Below are positions 1-12,153 of a stretch of DNA of 64,000 nt, piece after piece. The translations under genes and the position numbers were made by a program. This stretch comes from Phoronis australis (taxonomy: Eukaryota; Animalia; Phoronida). The stretch lies in the NCBI GenBank assembly GCA_002633005.1, contig NMRA01000078.1:880233-944232 (forward strand), written 5' to 3'. The notes beneath the pieces were generated by a model. The model saw only the letters and a list, made by a program, of their open reading frames with translations. It searched no databases and was not told the origin of the DNA. Each line of letters begins with the position of its first letter. The first letter of the stretch is position 1.

Positions 1-272
1 AAAAAGTTGAGTTCACGATTTTGGGAACTGAAATAGGGACTGCTCGAAGAAAAAGTTTCATAACGGGAGTATTTGTTCGAGTTGGAAGGAATTAAACACA
101 TCGACAACCTCCTAAGGTGTTCCTCTATGCGCAAAAGGTATTTGTAACAACGTGACTTTGATGGTTTAGTCGGTGCGAGGCATAATTCGCCGAAAAGCTT
201 CCGGCGTACAGAGCGCCTATAGCCTCTACATCGCCTCTGCTTCGGGCCAACAGAGGCGATGGTCATTGCCTA
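1..272. mobile_element. Right part of a non-autonomous DNA transposon (MITE), truncated by the window start
   Basis: Ends in GGCCAACAGAGGCGATGGTCATTGCCTA (245-272), identical to the TIR of the complete element at 43141-43270. Internal sequence 20-185 resembles 700-870. Confidence 0.75.
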
Positions 273-599
273 ATGACATCATACCACCTGTCGCTTGCAC
301 TAACTTGATAAACAACATTGCTTTCATAAGGGATAGGTGACTTCAGTTTACACAGCATATTGGAAAGTTTGCGAAGAGGTTTTTAAAGGCTGAATGTGAC
401 AACTGTAAGGAATTCTATATTGGACTCACACAGAGATGCCCTGTGACAGGCTGAAAGAACATAACACCTCTGACAAGTAAAATCTATAGGCATTGTGATG
501 TATAGTTTGCCAAAAAGTTTCCGGTTATGAAGAGCTATAGGAGCTTCACCCTCTTTACTGGGGCCAGCTAGAAATGGTGGCCCCTGTCTATTCCGAACC

Positions 600-929
600 T
601 AGACAGTGACCGCCGTCTTGACTGGTCTCCGATACAGTGAAGCTCCAATAGGCGCTTAATTCATATGCTGGAAGTTTTTCGTGTTAAAAATGACCAGTTG
701 CCGATTTGGGCAACTGAACGAAGGACTGCTCAAAAAAGTTTGATTACAGGAGCATTTGTTTGAGTTTGAAGGAATAAGACATGACGGACTCATAAGGCGC
801 TCCCTCTAGGCGCTAAAGGTACTTATAACAATGTGACTGTTAGATGTTTTAATCAGTGCGAGGCGTAAGTTGAAGGACCTATGAGAGCTTCACTGCCCTG
901 ATGGCCAGTCGAGACGATGGTACTGTCTA
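600..929. mobile_element. Diverged MITE of the same family as 1-272
   Basis: Imperfect TIRs TAGACAGTGACCGCCGTCTTGACTGG ... CCAGTCGAGACGATGGTACTGTCTA and internal similarity to 20-185. A further TIR-like end (...GGCCCCTGTCTA) finishes at 590. Confidence 0.6.
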
Positions 930-1948
930 GGTGACCTGGTGGCTGACACTGACTGAGTTCTGAACCAGGCCCATGAAAACTTAATAATTATTTTGATTTT
1001 TAGAACATACCTTTATTTAAGTAAAGATGGGAGAACAGTGTGTGCCATTATATCGCTATATATAGGATTGCTGGAAGTCTGTCGAGGTTCGCAATCTTGC
1101 CACTTGTTCGTTGTCTTGTCTTGTAAATCCCCGAGGTTATTTGACCCAGCACTATGTGACACACGTGATTGGCTGCTGCTCGATCTTCGATCAGGATTAG
1201 ATTTCCGGTCGTTCTATAAAGCGATTTAATTTCATACGCCGTTCTCCCTTATTGTGCAGTTACGGTGAGCTTAGCCACAGGTAATATGTTCTAAAAAATC
1301 AAAATAAACTCCCGTGTTCCAAACCATGTAGTTATTTGAGCATTGTGGTAATACATGCAGGACAATGTAAGAATTCCTACATAGTATAACAATGTGGGAA
1401 TTTTTACGATTCGTGTTATCTAATACCTTAGCTTTTAACTTTAGGAGGTTGCACCATATCCTAATCTAAGTGACGGCACATCCTCATGCAGCCTGTACTC
1501 CAGAAGATTTGCTGAAAATTAAGTTTAACTCTGGGTAAGACTCGTTTCTATTTGTACCTTTCAAATTACTTACCTTTGAAGGCATTTGTAGTCTCTAAAT
1601 TTGTCCAACTCAAACACATATGTCCACAATCAACACTTTTGGAGTTGTTCCTCCATCTGCGAAATTAAAGGCTGAATTCTGTTTTAGACAAACTGCTTGA
1701 GGTCAAATGGAAATTTACAGTTGGTTATGGGGGAGATCATCTGTTTGCCAGTCTCACTGAGCGGAGGCAGCACCGATGGGGGACAGACATGTCTAATTAA
1801 CACACAACTTCAGTTCAGCATTACTCTGGTAGATCTACAGACAAACTGCAATAATTTCTCAATAGTTATGAGAAAAACATTGACATTCTTCAACTTATAT
1901 TTCTTTTCATGTTAGCTCTTAATCCTTGGACAGGGTAATTTTAGTTTG

Positions 1949-2279
1949 CAGGGCTTGGAATTTTCCGCGGAAACGCGGATTTCCGCTTTTTTCAAATGTT
2001 CTGTCCGCATATTTTATTATATTTCCGCATAAAAAATCGGATTTGATGTAAAATTTCCGCGGCAAATTCCTTTCTTACCGCGGCGTTGCCGACGACGTTC
2101 ACCTCGAAAAGCGGAAGTTGCTCTTTATGTTTTGGAGGAACGCAAAATTGTCAAAATCTGGTCCAACTTAAATTTCTACACTAACAGCCAATGAGCATTT
2201 GTTTATCCTAAATTCTTACTCGGATATGGGTCACTATCACAGGTTGTGTTTCGCATTTTTTAGTCACTACCAAGCCTCG
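1949..2279. mobile_element. hAT-like MITE (CAGGGCTTGGAA family)
   Basis: 1949-2155 is a close reverse-complement match to about 28965-29174. The right end TTTTTAGTCACTACCAAGCCTCG resembles the family's other TIR. Confidence 0.7.
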
Positions 2280-2829
2280 CAGCTGCAAAATAAATTTCAA
2301 AATTTCACGTAAAAACTAACAATAGCACAACTTCCATCAATGCAACAGTGCAAGAAAGAATATCCTCAAACTCAGGGAGAGCAACGTAACGCGCTTAATG
2401 ATCCTCAATTTCCTTGCTGTTACCACTTACTAATCTTCGTGGCTGCCAAGCTTTTCATTCATGACTGGCAATTATACTTTATTTTTGATTTCAAGAGTAG
2501 CCCTCATCGGTTCTAGTACATTTTCATAATTACACACAATATGCTACTTTTTGAGCTGCATTTTACCCTATTTAGCCGACTAAAAACGAAAATCAATATT
2601 AGGCCTTTTACTCTGACTGGTAAATTCTTTACTGTGATAGGGCCCTATTTTAGTTACCAACAAGAAATTGAAAACATCAGTGACTCGAGAAAAAAGTTAA
2701 CTTTGAAAGGTCAACTAATTTTGTCCAAAATTTTAGAGATTTTATGACGACGATAGACTAGTGTGATTTCTGCATATTTATTGAAGACAGTTATTGTATT
2801 ACCTTCGTCTACATTTTTGTCACAGATAA

Positions 2830-5800
2830 ATGCCCAGATTGCGATGGCGCCCCCTAGCATTGGCGGTGTGTTTGTTGTTGACTCTGTATATATTGTTGCA
2901 CTGTGGAGAGAGACAGGAACCAGTCATGGTGGATACAGGTAAATCCAACATGCTATAGTAAATTATTCCCGTAGGTAATTTTGGATGTACTAAGTTAGGT
3001 GATGGTACGGAATGAAGGGATAGCTACTGTAATCGTGTGAGAGTGTTAAGGATCAGATGAGGCTATGAATAATCGTAGATTCAGTAGAAAAATGTTGAAA
3101 TTTGGCTTGCTTTGTAACATCATATCTCACCACCAACTGATTGGATTCAAATGAAACATTCAATTGCAGTGATTTGTGTTTTATTCACTAAAACATTTTA
3201 GGAAATTGTTTATGAAATGTTTAACTTTTGCACAATGCCTCAAGGTATTATTGAAAACTGAGGCCTTTGAGATTTTAATAAAAAAAGTCAAAAGTTGCAT
3301 GGCAAAAAATTAATATTAAAAAGTGTGGTTATTTTTAAAACAAAAACTCATGCGTTGGGTAAGGCTGTTCTTACGATATTTCTTAAGTTGCTCCCGTTCC
3401 CTCATGCCCTACAATCCTCTGAAATGGGGGAGTTTGTTTGCAAAATATTTTATTTTCCCTCTTGGCAGTGTTGGAGTTTGCTCATTTTTGTTCAGAAACG
3501 TTTCATTTTTACTGCTAAAAAACATTTGCCTGATTGCAAAAAAAATATTTTGGGTACTTGCATTTTACGGTCAATCACATGAAGGGAAATAAACTGAATT
3601 TCTATGTAAAATTATAGACTGCTGTGATTTGGTTGTGTCATTTGTGAATTTGTTGAACACAAGTTAAAAGTATGCAACTACAAAATTAATAAAGATGTAC
3701 ATAGAAACTAACAGTCTTGAAACATTTATTATTGTGAAAATAAACACTTTACTTTAAAACTGTGTAATGTACGGTGCAAGTCTGGCAAGGAATTTCTCTA
3801 TAAAAAGCAGTTTATGTTGCAAAGTCAAAATACATTTTGGGCTGGGGGGGGCTAACTCGTCTGCATAGTGGCTTAGAATTTTGCAAATGGTTATAAATCA
3901 CAGGTGCCATTCACATATAATAGACTTTTTGAAATTGACATACAAGGTCAGTGAAAGTAGTTCTTTGTGAACCCTGCTCGTTGTCATACAACTGTCCCAG
4001 TTAGCCTGTGCAAGTAAACACAGCTTATGCTCCTGGCTGAAAACGAATAATTGTTTTATTGCCCCCTTTGGATTCTGAATTGGGAAGCCTGGAATGATAG
4101 GAAGTCAAACAGTACGATTCAGTATCCTTCTGAGTGTTTATATCATCCTATTGTTAGATTTGGACGACCCTGTTGATCCTACATGGAGCCCCTTTGAACC
4201 TTATCACCATCGGGGTCAGAAAGTCAAACCATTTGTACTTCCTGCTCATGAAGACGAGAGAAACGTGGTTGAAATATGGGGCAAGGCTTCTGTTGGTAAG
4301 TATTGTCAGAGGAATTTGAATAAACTTTTGCACTTTTGTGATGATGAAGTTTTTGTGGTCAGCATATGTCGACATCAGTTTTGGCAATGTTTAGTTTGAT
4401 GACCTAGGATTTTACGAAGTCACATTTGGGGACCTGGCGTCAAGCTGAGCGTCAGGCACTGAGTCAACTTGTAGAGATTGTTCTCAAACAGTAACACACT
4501 CTCAGTTCTTTACGAGTTAGGAAATCACATCTATTTTGGCTAAGGAACAATTTGAGACCAATTTCACAGTAGTAAGTGGTTTCAAAAGCGGGAAGTGAGT
4601 TTATAGCGCTTTAGAGCTTTCTTCTCTGTTGAAAGTTAACTTCAATCGTGTCAAATCCTTGGTGAGTTTAAAATGTCACATGTTGAAGTTTATGCATTTT
4701 GTTTCTTGATTATTGATGTTAATTTATTATAATTGTATTGGTGTTTGATTTCACAGGTCTATATCTGTGGCAGCATGTACTGCGGGGACCACTGGAAGAA
4801 AAACTTGGAGGTGTGTGGTCATACGGTGAACTGAGCGTTGGACGTATAAAGTTTGTGTAAGTAGATACTACGGTACTACACATTTTTTCTTTCAAGGAAA
4901 ATTCTCTTTCCCCTCTTTCCCCATTTTGTATAAACAGGGCGTTCCTTTGTTGGTACCATTGGCACTGCATATGAATTTGAGTAGTGATATGAATGTGAAT
5001 GCTAATCGAAACAAAATGAGTGCAGCAAAATGAGCGCAGCAAAAGTTTTCCTCTCTGATATACTGTTTTTCTCTTCTCTCATACACTACCTTTTTCTTGT
5101 GGGGATAATCTTCTTTCCCCTTTTTGTATAAACAATGTTCTTTTGGCAAGACCATTTGGTTGTATCAGTAAACTCAAGCAATGTGTTCACTGTCTTCATA
5201 ATAAAGGATATTCTTATTCGGCACGAAGCTTTCAAGTGTTATCATATACTTAGGAGTTTATGGGCGGGCTGCCCACTGCTAAGTCTGGTTGGATTTCTAT
5301 GTTCCATATGTTCATTGGGTCAGGTGATGTGGCCAACAGGTGACTTGTGGACCAGACTTAAAAATGTTTGCAATCTATATTTCCACACCAGTGCAAGATT
5401 TACATAATACAATTTTTCAGGCATGGTGTACTGTCATGGCTTCTCTGTTCCAGTTTCAGGACGGGTCCCGGAGTGACACCCCAACACGTACCCACGGACT
5501 CACAGAATCTCATCCTCGTTCTCAACGGCATGTCACCAGAGAAGATAGTGTTCTCCAAGAAGTGGCTGGAAGCTGTGGCAGGCATGAAAGCCTTAAAAAA
5601 TGTTGGACTCGTGTTGCTAGGAGACGAGGGCTGTCACAATGAGTGGCTACAGCCATACCTGCAGAGGAATGGAGGATTCCTCTCATTTGTATTTCTTGTT
5701 TATGACAGTCCAGAAGTGGATGACAGTGTGTTCTTCCAGTGGCCCCTAGGTGTCGCCACGTAAGTGTTCTGTATTTTCTTGTATTGCTATTTTGTTTTTT

Positions 5801-8800
5801 TTTTCTGACCTGCAGGTCTCGTACCCTGGTTGGACTATTATCTGAGTGGGCCAATGGTTCTTGAGGCTCTAAACTCACTCCAAGCGAACCATGATTTCCT
5901 GCTTAAATGTGTGAAATTATACAAGGTTGTATAGCACCCCAGAAAATGCCAAAATTCACAAACGTTTGGAACGCCATGTCTCAGAGTTGGCATTCTGGGC
6001 TTGGCTAGTCATAATCCAGGACCATAAACCCTTTGTTTATCTGTGTTTAGTTTCATAGTCCAACTGGGACAGTTGCATGACTGAAGTGTTGTCCAAACAC
6101 AGACTTACCATTGATAGAACAAGTTACTCCTGGAACAATTTGTGGCTAGGTTTCAGGGCTATCTAGATGCTTTTGAAGCTAATGTAAAATGTCCCACTTG
6201 TGACAACTTACTTCACGTTATCGAGGTAGGGTAACTTGTTTTAGGGTAACTTCCGCCACTTATAATTGCTGTGTGGCCGCAAATCTGGAGCAAGGCGGAA
6301 GTAATTATCGGCTGCGGTTACATACAGACAGGTGTTCCTTTGCGTGCGGCATTCGCACCAGCTGTTCATTGTCATAGAGAGCAACGACTTCCACCTTACC
6401 TTAGGCATCAGATATATGTGTGTAGGTGCTCCACTTATTGTGGGTATAGTTGCACAAATGCAAGCTGTTCGAGGATAAGTCTGTGTGTGGATGGGACTTA
6501 AGAGCAAGGTTCACAAAGAACCACTTTCACTGACCTTGCATTCCAATTTTACAGCCATCAGCAAAGTTCTAAGCCACTAGGCGGACTAGTTACCATTGCA
6601 AGCATTTCTCCAAAATGCTCTTAGATTGTTTCTAAAATCGGTCTCCTTATTGTGATAAGTTTCTATTTCTGTGACTCAGAGTTTATTGTAATTGACGGCC
6701 TTTAATAATTTTAATTAGTAAGTGTATTTATATGAAGCTAAAAACAGACAATGAGGGCTTTCAGGCAGATCAAATAAACAGTGTGCCCCCTAGTGGCAAT
6801 ATCATTTTATTCTGTTTTCCTTTGTTTCTCTGAAGTTCCGTGACGGATTTCTATGAAATTTGGTGTATAGCTTTCTATTAAAGAAGCAATGACATTTTCC
6901 TGTTTTCGGATGGATTGTACGTTTTTGCGCCATCTAGTGGCTACTTTTATGACACAAATAAACAGCCCTAAAAGCACACCATTTGCGATGCATTCGTGGG
7001 CGCATTTAAACGCTCCGCATTGCTCTTGTTGTTTTTAGCTTGCTAAACAAGGCAGCTTTAAATGAATGTCGTTCTTTGCCACTCAGGTACAGACAGTTCC
7101 CCTTGGTGTCTGATAGTGACCCGTCCATGACTCAGTCAGCAAGACCCTACCTGTGTAATTTCCTGGCTACCATCTACCCTGGCTCCTCGAGGGAACACCT
7201 GCTCAACAAACTGAAAGAGCTCCCCCTTGCAGCAGATTGTTTCGTTAAACCTCGAATGCAGTAAGTAAAAGGGTTTAGAACTTGTTACCTCTGAGTTTTG
7301 ATACTTGAAGCAAAACCAAGATGTTAAAAACTTTTTATGTGTTGAAACAGGGATTAAAGAAATAAGTAAGAGCATTTGTGTGCTATTTGTTTTCAATGTC
7401 TGCAAATGAAATTGGGAAAAACCAGCGTATTTTTCTTCTTAGCCTGTGCTACAATTCCGGAGTTAGATCTACCATAGTAGACTGACATTGTGGAACTTGA
7501 GTTAGAGTAACAGTGGGTTTGATTACTTACTGTGCACTAGTTTAATGCAGTGGAGATTTGTCAAGTCATAATACAAAAATATTGTTACATGTACAGGTGC
7601 TCAAGTTTTTCCATGTTGTTCTGTGTTGGTCAAGTTAAATAAATGTTAATGAAATAACATTTCCATAGAATTTGTATTTGTTGAAAATTTTCACAAAATA
7701 CTACACTTCTGTAAATTGAAGTTTAAAATTTCACAATACTTGAATTTTAAATGTACCCTTGAATGTCTCAGCTCACAAAAATTGCATTTCTGGATTTTGA
7801 TTGCTATGTGCCCACATATACAAGTGAGTGCATATTGCCGTCCTGTCTGTCAGTGCATCTGGGGTCCACCGGCAGCAATATCTCCTGAACCCCAAGCAGA
7901 TACGGCAGAGGTGTTTCTATAAGGTTGACAGCAGATGAGGAGTCTGGAACCAATCCAGCTAACCCTTTGCTGTCTTATGGCAATTGTATTTTTTTATATT
8001 TGCCCTTGTGTCTTTGGAGTTTCTTGACAGATTTTCGTGTAATTTGATGAATAGTTTTCTACTAAATAGATGATGTTGTCTTCTCATTTTCAAATGGAAT
8101 CGATATATTCTACATCACCTAGTGGCCATTTTTATTATTTTTGGAGTCTGCCTCGTAAACCGCTGAAGTGCTATGAAAGTTTTTGGTAGATGTGCTCCTT
8201 TTGAGGAGACTGTGGCCGACATTGATATTCAGGTGAGCCCGGCTGCTTTCGTGCCCCTTAGTGACAATTTTGTTTTTTTGTGTGTCTGTTATTTTATCTC
8301 CTTAACGTTGGAGGATTGTTTTGAAATTTGGCAAGTGTTTTCTGTGAATGCAACTATGGATGACCATGACTTTTGAGTGGATCACCATAATAGTCACTTT
8401 TGTAAGGAGACCAGGATGTGTAAAAGTAATCTCTCTTGCCAAGTTGCATTAGCAGTTCCAATCTTTGTCGCCAGGTGGCTCCCCAGTGAAACCAATATGA
8501 CGAGACAGATGTACATTGATGCACTTAAGACCAGTGATGTCACGTTGCATGCTGTGGGCGAGAACGCCGAATGCTATAGGCTGTACGAAGCATTGTCATT
8601 TGGATCTTTGCCAATAGTTGAAGATGTGCGGGGTATAAAGCCTGGACAGTGCAGTGCCCCCTTTAGGCAGCTCAAAGAACTACGCGCACCTCTTGTGTAT
8701 GTGGAGGACTGGAGTGACTTGGAACAGTTGTTGGCTAAAGAGAAGAAAATGTCGCCAGAAGCCAAGGTGAAACGAAGGAAGGAATTAATAAATTGGTATC

Positions 8801-8874
8801 AGCGCTTCTTAGGAAAACTGAGAAGAAAATTTGTGTCCATAGTTCAAGGAAAATTTTTTCTTGATAAGTTATGA
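2830..8874 (+). CDS. RXYLT1: Ribitol-5-phosphate xylosyltransferase 1 (TMEM5) orthologue, 408 aa. Exons 2830-2938, 4158-4295, 4757-4856, 5454-5759, 7087-7260, 8475-8874
   Basis: All introns are GT-AG and the phases close (1227 nt). N-terminal signal anchor MPRLRWRPLALAVCLLLTLYILL. Motifs IWGKASVGLYLWQH, LLGDEGCHNEW, FQWPLGVATYR, RPYLCNFLATIY and ECYRLYEALSFGSLPIVED match my recollection of TMEM5. A non-coding first exon may end at the donor near 1280. Confidence 0.93.
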
Positions 8875-9499
8875 CATATCTTTGAAAGTTTTATCTTTTA
8901 AAGAAGGTGCTCAGTGAATGAAGTTCGCTCACAGGATATAATTAATTAATTAATTTTCCATAACTTGTGAAATGAAGTTTGCCAGTTTGCAAGCAGTGTT
9001 AATTTTAGACAGGGTTTGAAATAAAGGTGGCTACAGATCTGCATTTTCTGTGGTTTAGACAACCTGCGACTATGACACAAACTGTCTGTGGATGCATGGA
9101 GAAAGCTCTCTGCCTTCAGACAAACCGAAGAACTTTTCCCAAGTCCTGCTGAATCAAAAGGTTCAAAGAAACTGTTTTGTTTAGATAGGCTTGCTATAAG
9201 GCAGCTGATCAAGGTTATTACTGGACAATGCAACCTAGCTTTTGCGCCGTGACACCACACGCCACATGGCATGTTCATTTTGTCCCATCTGTGGCTTGGA
9301 CTCCTCAATATCTGGTGGAGATTTGTCCTGCCTACAACAGACACGGTAATCTACTACTTGATGGGCACATATCCTCCCTGGTTAACATTGTTAATTCATA
9401 CAGGTTTAATAGTCTTTCTGTCTTTCTGAAACAAACAGGGAGATTGGAAGAAAGATTTTAGCCATGAGGAATCCGGTGATGTCATGTCCCCATGAGTCA

Positions 9500-9591
9500 T
9501 AATCAGGTTATTAGTGTAATGGGCCCGGCCTTGTGGCCTAAACTTGCCTGATGTACCGCAAATGGCATAAAGCCACCTGCACCCTTTTTTT
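9500..9591 (+). mobile_element. 3' tail fragment of a SINE/LINE ending in oligo-T
   Basis: ...GTAATGGGCCC...CTGATGTACCGCAAATGGCATAAAGCCACCTGCACCC-T(n) aligns by eye with 56905-57007 and with the tail of the SINE at 59131-59359. Confidence 0.6.
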
Positions 9592-9994
9592 AACTTATGA
9601 TTATAATAGCGATCTCAGCTGAGGTCTGGTTTCTGACATCATGCTAGGCACATGACATGAGGTGCTGTGTTAAGCAACTTTGAACTGCCTGTTATTTCCA
9701 AGCCTAGGAATTTCTGTCACATTTCAGAAGGTATTTTTGTCATAGAAGGCAGTTTTATCTGCTTACGGTGACATTTTTTTGCAAATATGTGTTTTTTTTA
9801 TGTTTGCAATCATGCAACAAAGCTTGCTCTCTCAGAGAAGCTAACAGAAGGCTTGGTGTGCATTATAACAATTGTTTTGTTATTTTGTAGGGCATCAATT
9901 ATCTTGGTGAGATGACAATCTCTAAAAACTGTCTGATAAACGATGTTTATGCTTAAACGTAATAATGGCACATAAAAGTGTTTCTTTTCCATTT

Positions 9995-11450
9995 CTCAAA
10001 TTTCTCGATTTGCCGAGTTCCATCCTCAGCAATTTGTCCCCACCCTTCCTTCATATGTTAAAGATACAAATCATTTTCTTAATATAATTAAAAATATCAC
10101 AGATTTACCCAAAAATGACCTCCTAGTTACTCTTGATGTTGAAAGCTCATACACTAATATTCATCAACATGAAGGCATGGAAGCCTGCATCAAAATTCTT
10201 AACTAATAACCCTAATCATACCTACATCATTCATTCACTCTCTTCTTGAAGATGTACTTATCGTGAATCACTTCACCTTCAATGATAAGCATTATCTTCA
10301 AATATTAGGTACAGCTATGGGCATTAGAGTTGCCCCTACTTTTGCAAGCCTTTTTATGGGAAATCTTGAAAATAACTTCATCAAATGTTGTTCCGAAAAA
10401 CCTCTTCTCTGGCTGAGGTACATTGACCACATTTTTATGATCTGGACCCATGCCCCACAAAAATTACATGCATTCTTAGAAAATATTAACAAATTTCACC
10501 CCCAATAAAGTTCACCCACGACATTTCTCAAGATAAAATTTCATTTTTAGATGTCACTGTCATCATTAGTAATGATAAACTAGAAACGGACTTATTCTGT
10601 AAAGAAATTGAGAAGCACCAATATCTGTCGTATCACTCATGTCGTCCCTTTCACTGCAAGAAAAACCTTCCATATGGTACTGCACATTTGTGGCATTTGT
10701 TCAGAAGAAACTGCCTTAAATATTAGTTTAAAAGAACTCAAACATTACTTACTTCAACGCCATTTCCCCTTACATCTTATACACAAACAGTTTGACAAAG
10801 TCCGCTCAATCACAAGAAATGAATCTTTAAGAACTTAAACGAAAGATTATAGTACTTTTAATAGAATACCTTTCATAACCATGTTCAATGGGTGTTTAAA
10901 CATCATGTCTTCAGAAAACACCTTTCCACTCTGCATATTTCCCCTCGTATGAAAAACCTATTTCTTCATCCACCTAAAATTTCTTGGAGAATATGTAAAA
11001 GCTTAAAAAATATTTAGTTAGAGCAAATATGAACTATAAAAGCCAAAGTGACAAATCTATTGGTAACACATAATGTAACAAATCTAGATGCAAAATGTGT
11101 AACTTTATAACGACAATACTTTCTTCCAGTCTTCTCAAACTATTTTTCTGACTGCACCACCAACAATATCATTTACCTAATAACATGTAGAAAATGTTTC
11201 GTTCAATGTGTAGGACAAACTCAACATAATCTGCAAACTCGGTTTCCCAATCATAGATTTAACATAATACATAAAAATATTTCTGATACTATAGGTAATC
11301 ATTTCAATTCCAAAAAACATAATCTACAAGATCTTTCTGTACAAATAATAGAAAACTCCAATATCCCAGAACCCCTCACAGACTTAAAAGAGAACAATTT
11401 TGGACAGATAAGCTTAACACACTTGAACCCAATGGATTAAACATTAAGAA
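9995..11450 (+). mobile_element. Decayed Penelope-like retroelement (reverse transcriptase + GIY-YIG endonuclease), Neptune-type, with several stops and frameshifts
   Basis: Translated fragments: LPSYVKDTNHFL, LVTLDVESSYTNI, YLQILGTAMG..APTFASLFMG, WLRYIDHIF, ISFLDVTV, a CNKSRCKMC Cys linker, NIIYLITCRKC..CVGQT...RF.NHR and REQFW..KLNTLEPNGLN. The order RT, Cys linker, GIY-YIG is characteristic of PLEs. Confidence 0.88.
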
Positions 11451-12153
11451 GAAAAGACAAAACGTTGAATTGAACATGAACTTTTTTATTTGTGCTGCGA
11501 TCGTCCGGTTTTTAAACATAAAGACTTTAAATCATATCCTTTAATTACTTTTTTCCGCAACAATTTATCATGTTCATTACGCCAAATATCAGATGTCATT
11601 TATCATATCATATTTGATTTTACTTTATTTCTATTTCTGTTAACAAAGGATGTTATTATATCCAAAAATTTCAGTGATCCATTTTTGTTGTTTTATTTAC
11701 ATTCTGCTTTTCCACACACAAGTGTATCCTTTAGAGGATATGCATCGCTTCTTTTATTTTCATATTTATTTTCTAGGTTATGTACATTTGAAGGTATGTT
11801 ATGTTGCACAGATTTCTTTTCTATTAAAAAATACAAATGGGCACTGTGTTTGTTAAATTTCATTATCAATAAATAATTATTTAAAAGGATTTGAGGCCAC
11901 ACAGAGAGAGGTCTTTGAAAAAAAATGTTTGCTTGTTTGTCTTGTGTTTTGTGGTAGGTGACACTCACTATAGTGGATTTTAATGGGGTGAAAACTCCCT
12001 TTCGAATTCGTGGAATTCACTAAAACCTTGAATGGATTCTCTGGATTCACCACCTTAAACTTGATTTATTACAGTTTTGCGATTATAACGTTTCAGCATA
12101 ACCTAATTAGCACTAGGTGGCGCTTTAGCCATCCTCTTGTTACTATAACAATC

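Noticed and set aside
9995-10032. Minus-strand CTGAGGA...GAAA as a hammerhead at the Penelope element
   Set aside because: There is no stem III/NUH cleavage triplet or stem I, and it lies within RT coding sequence.
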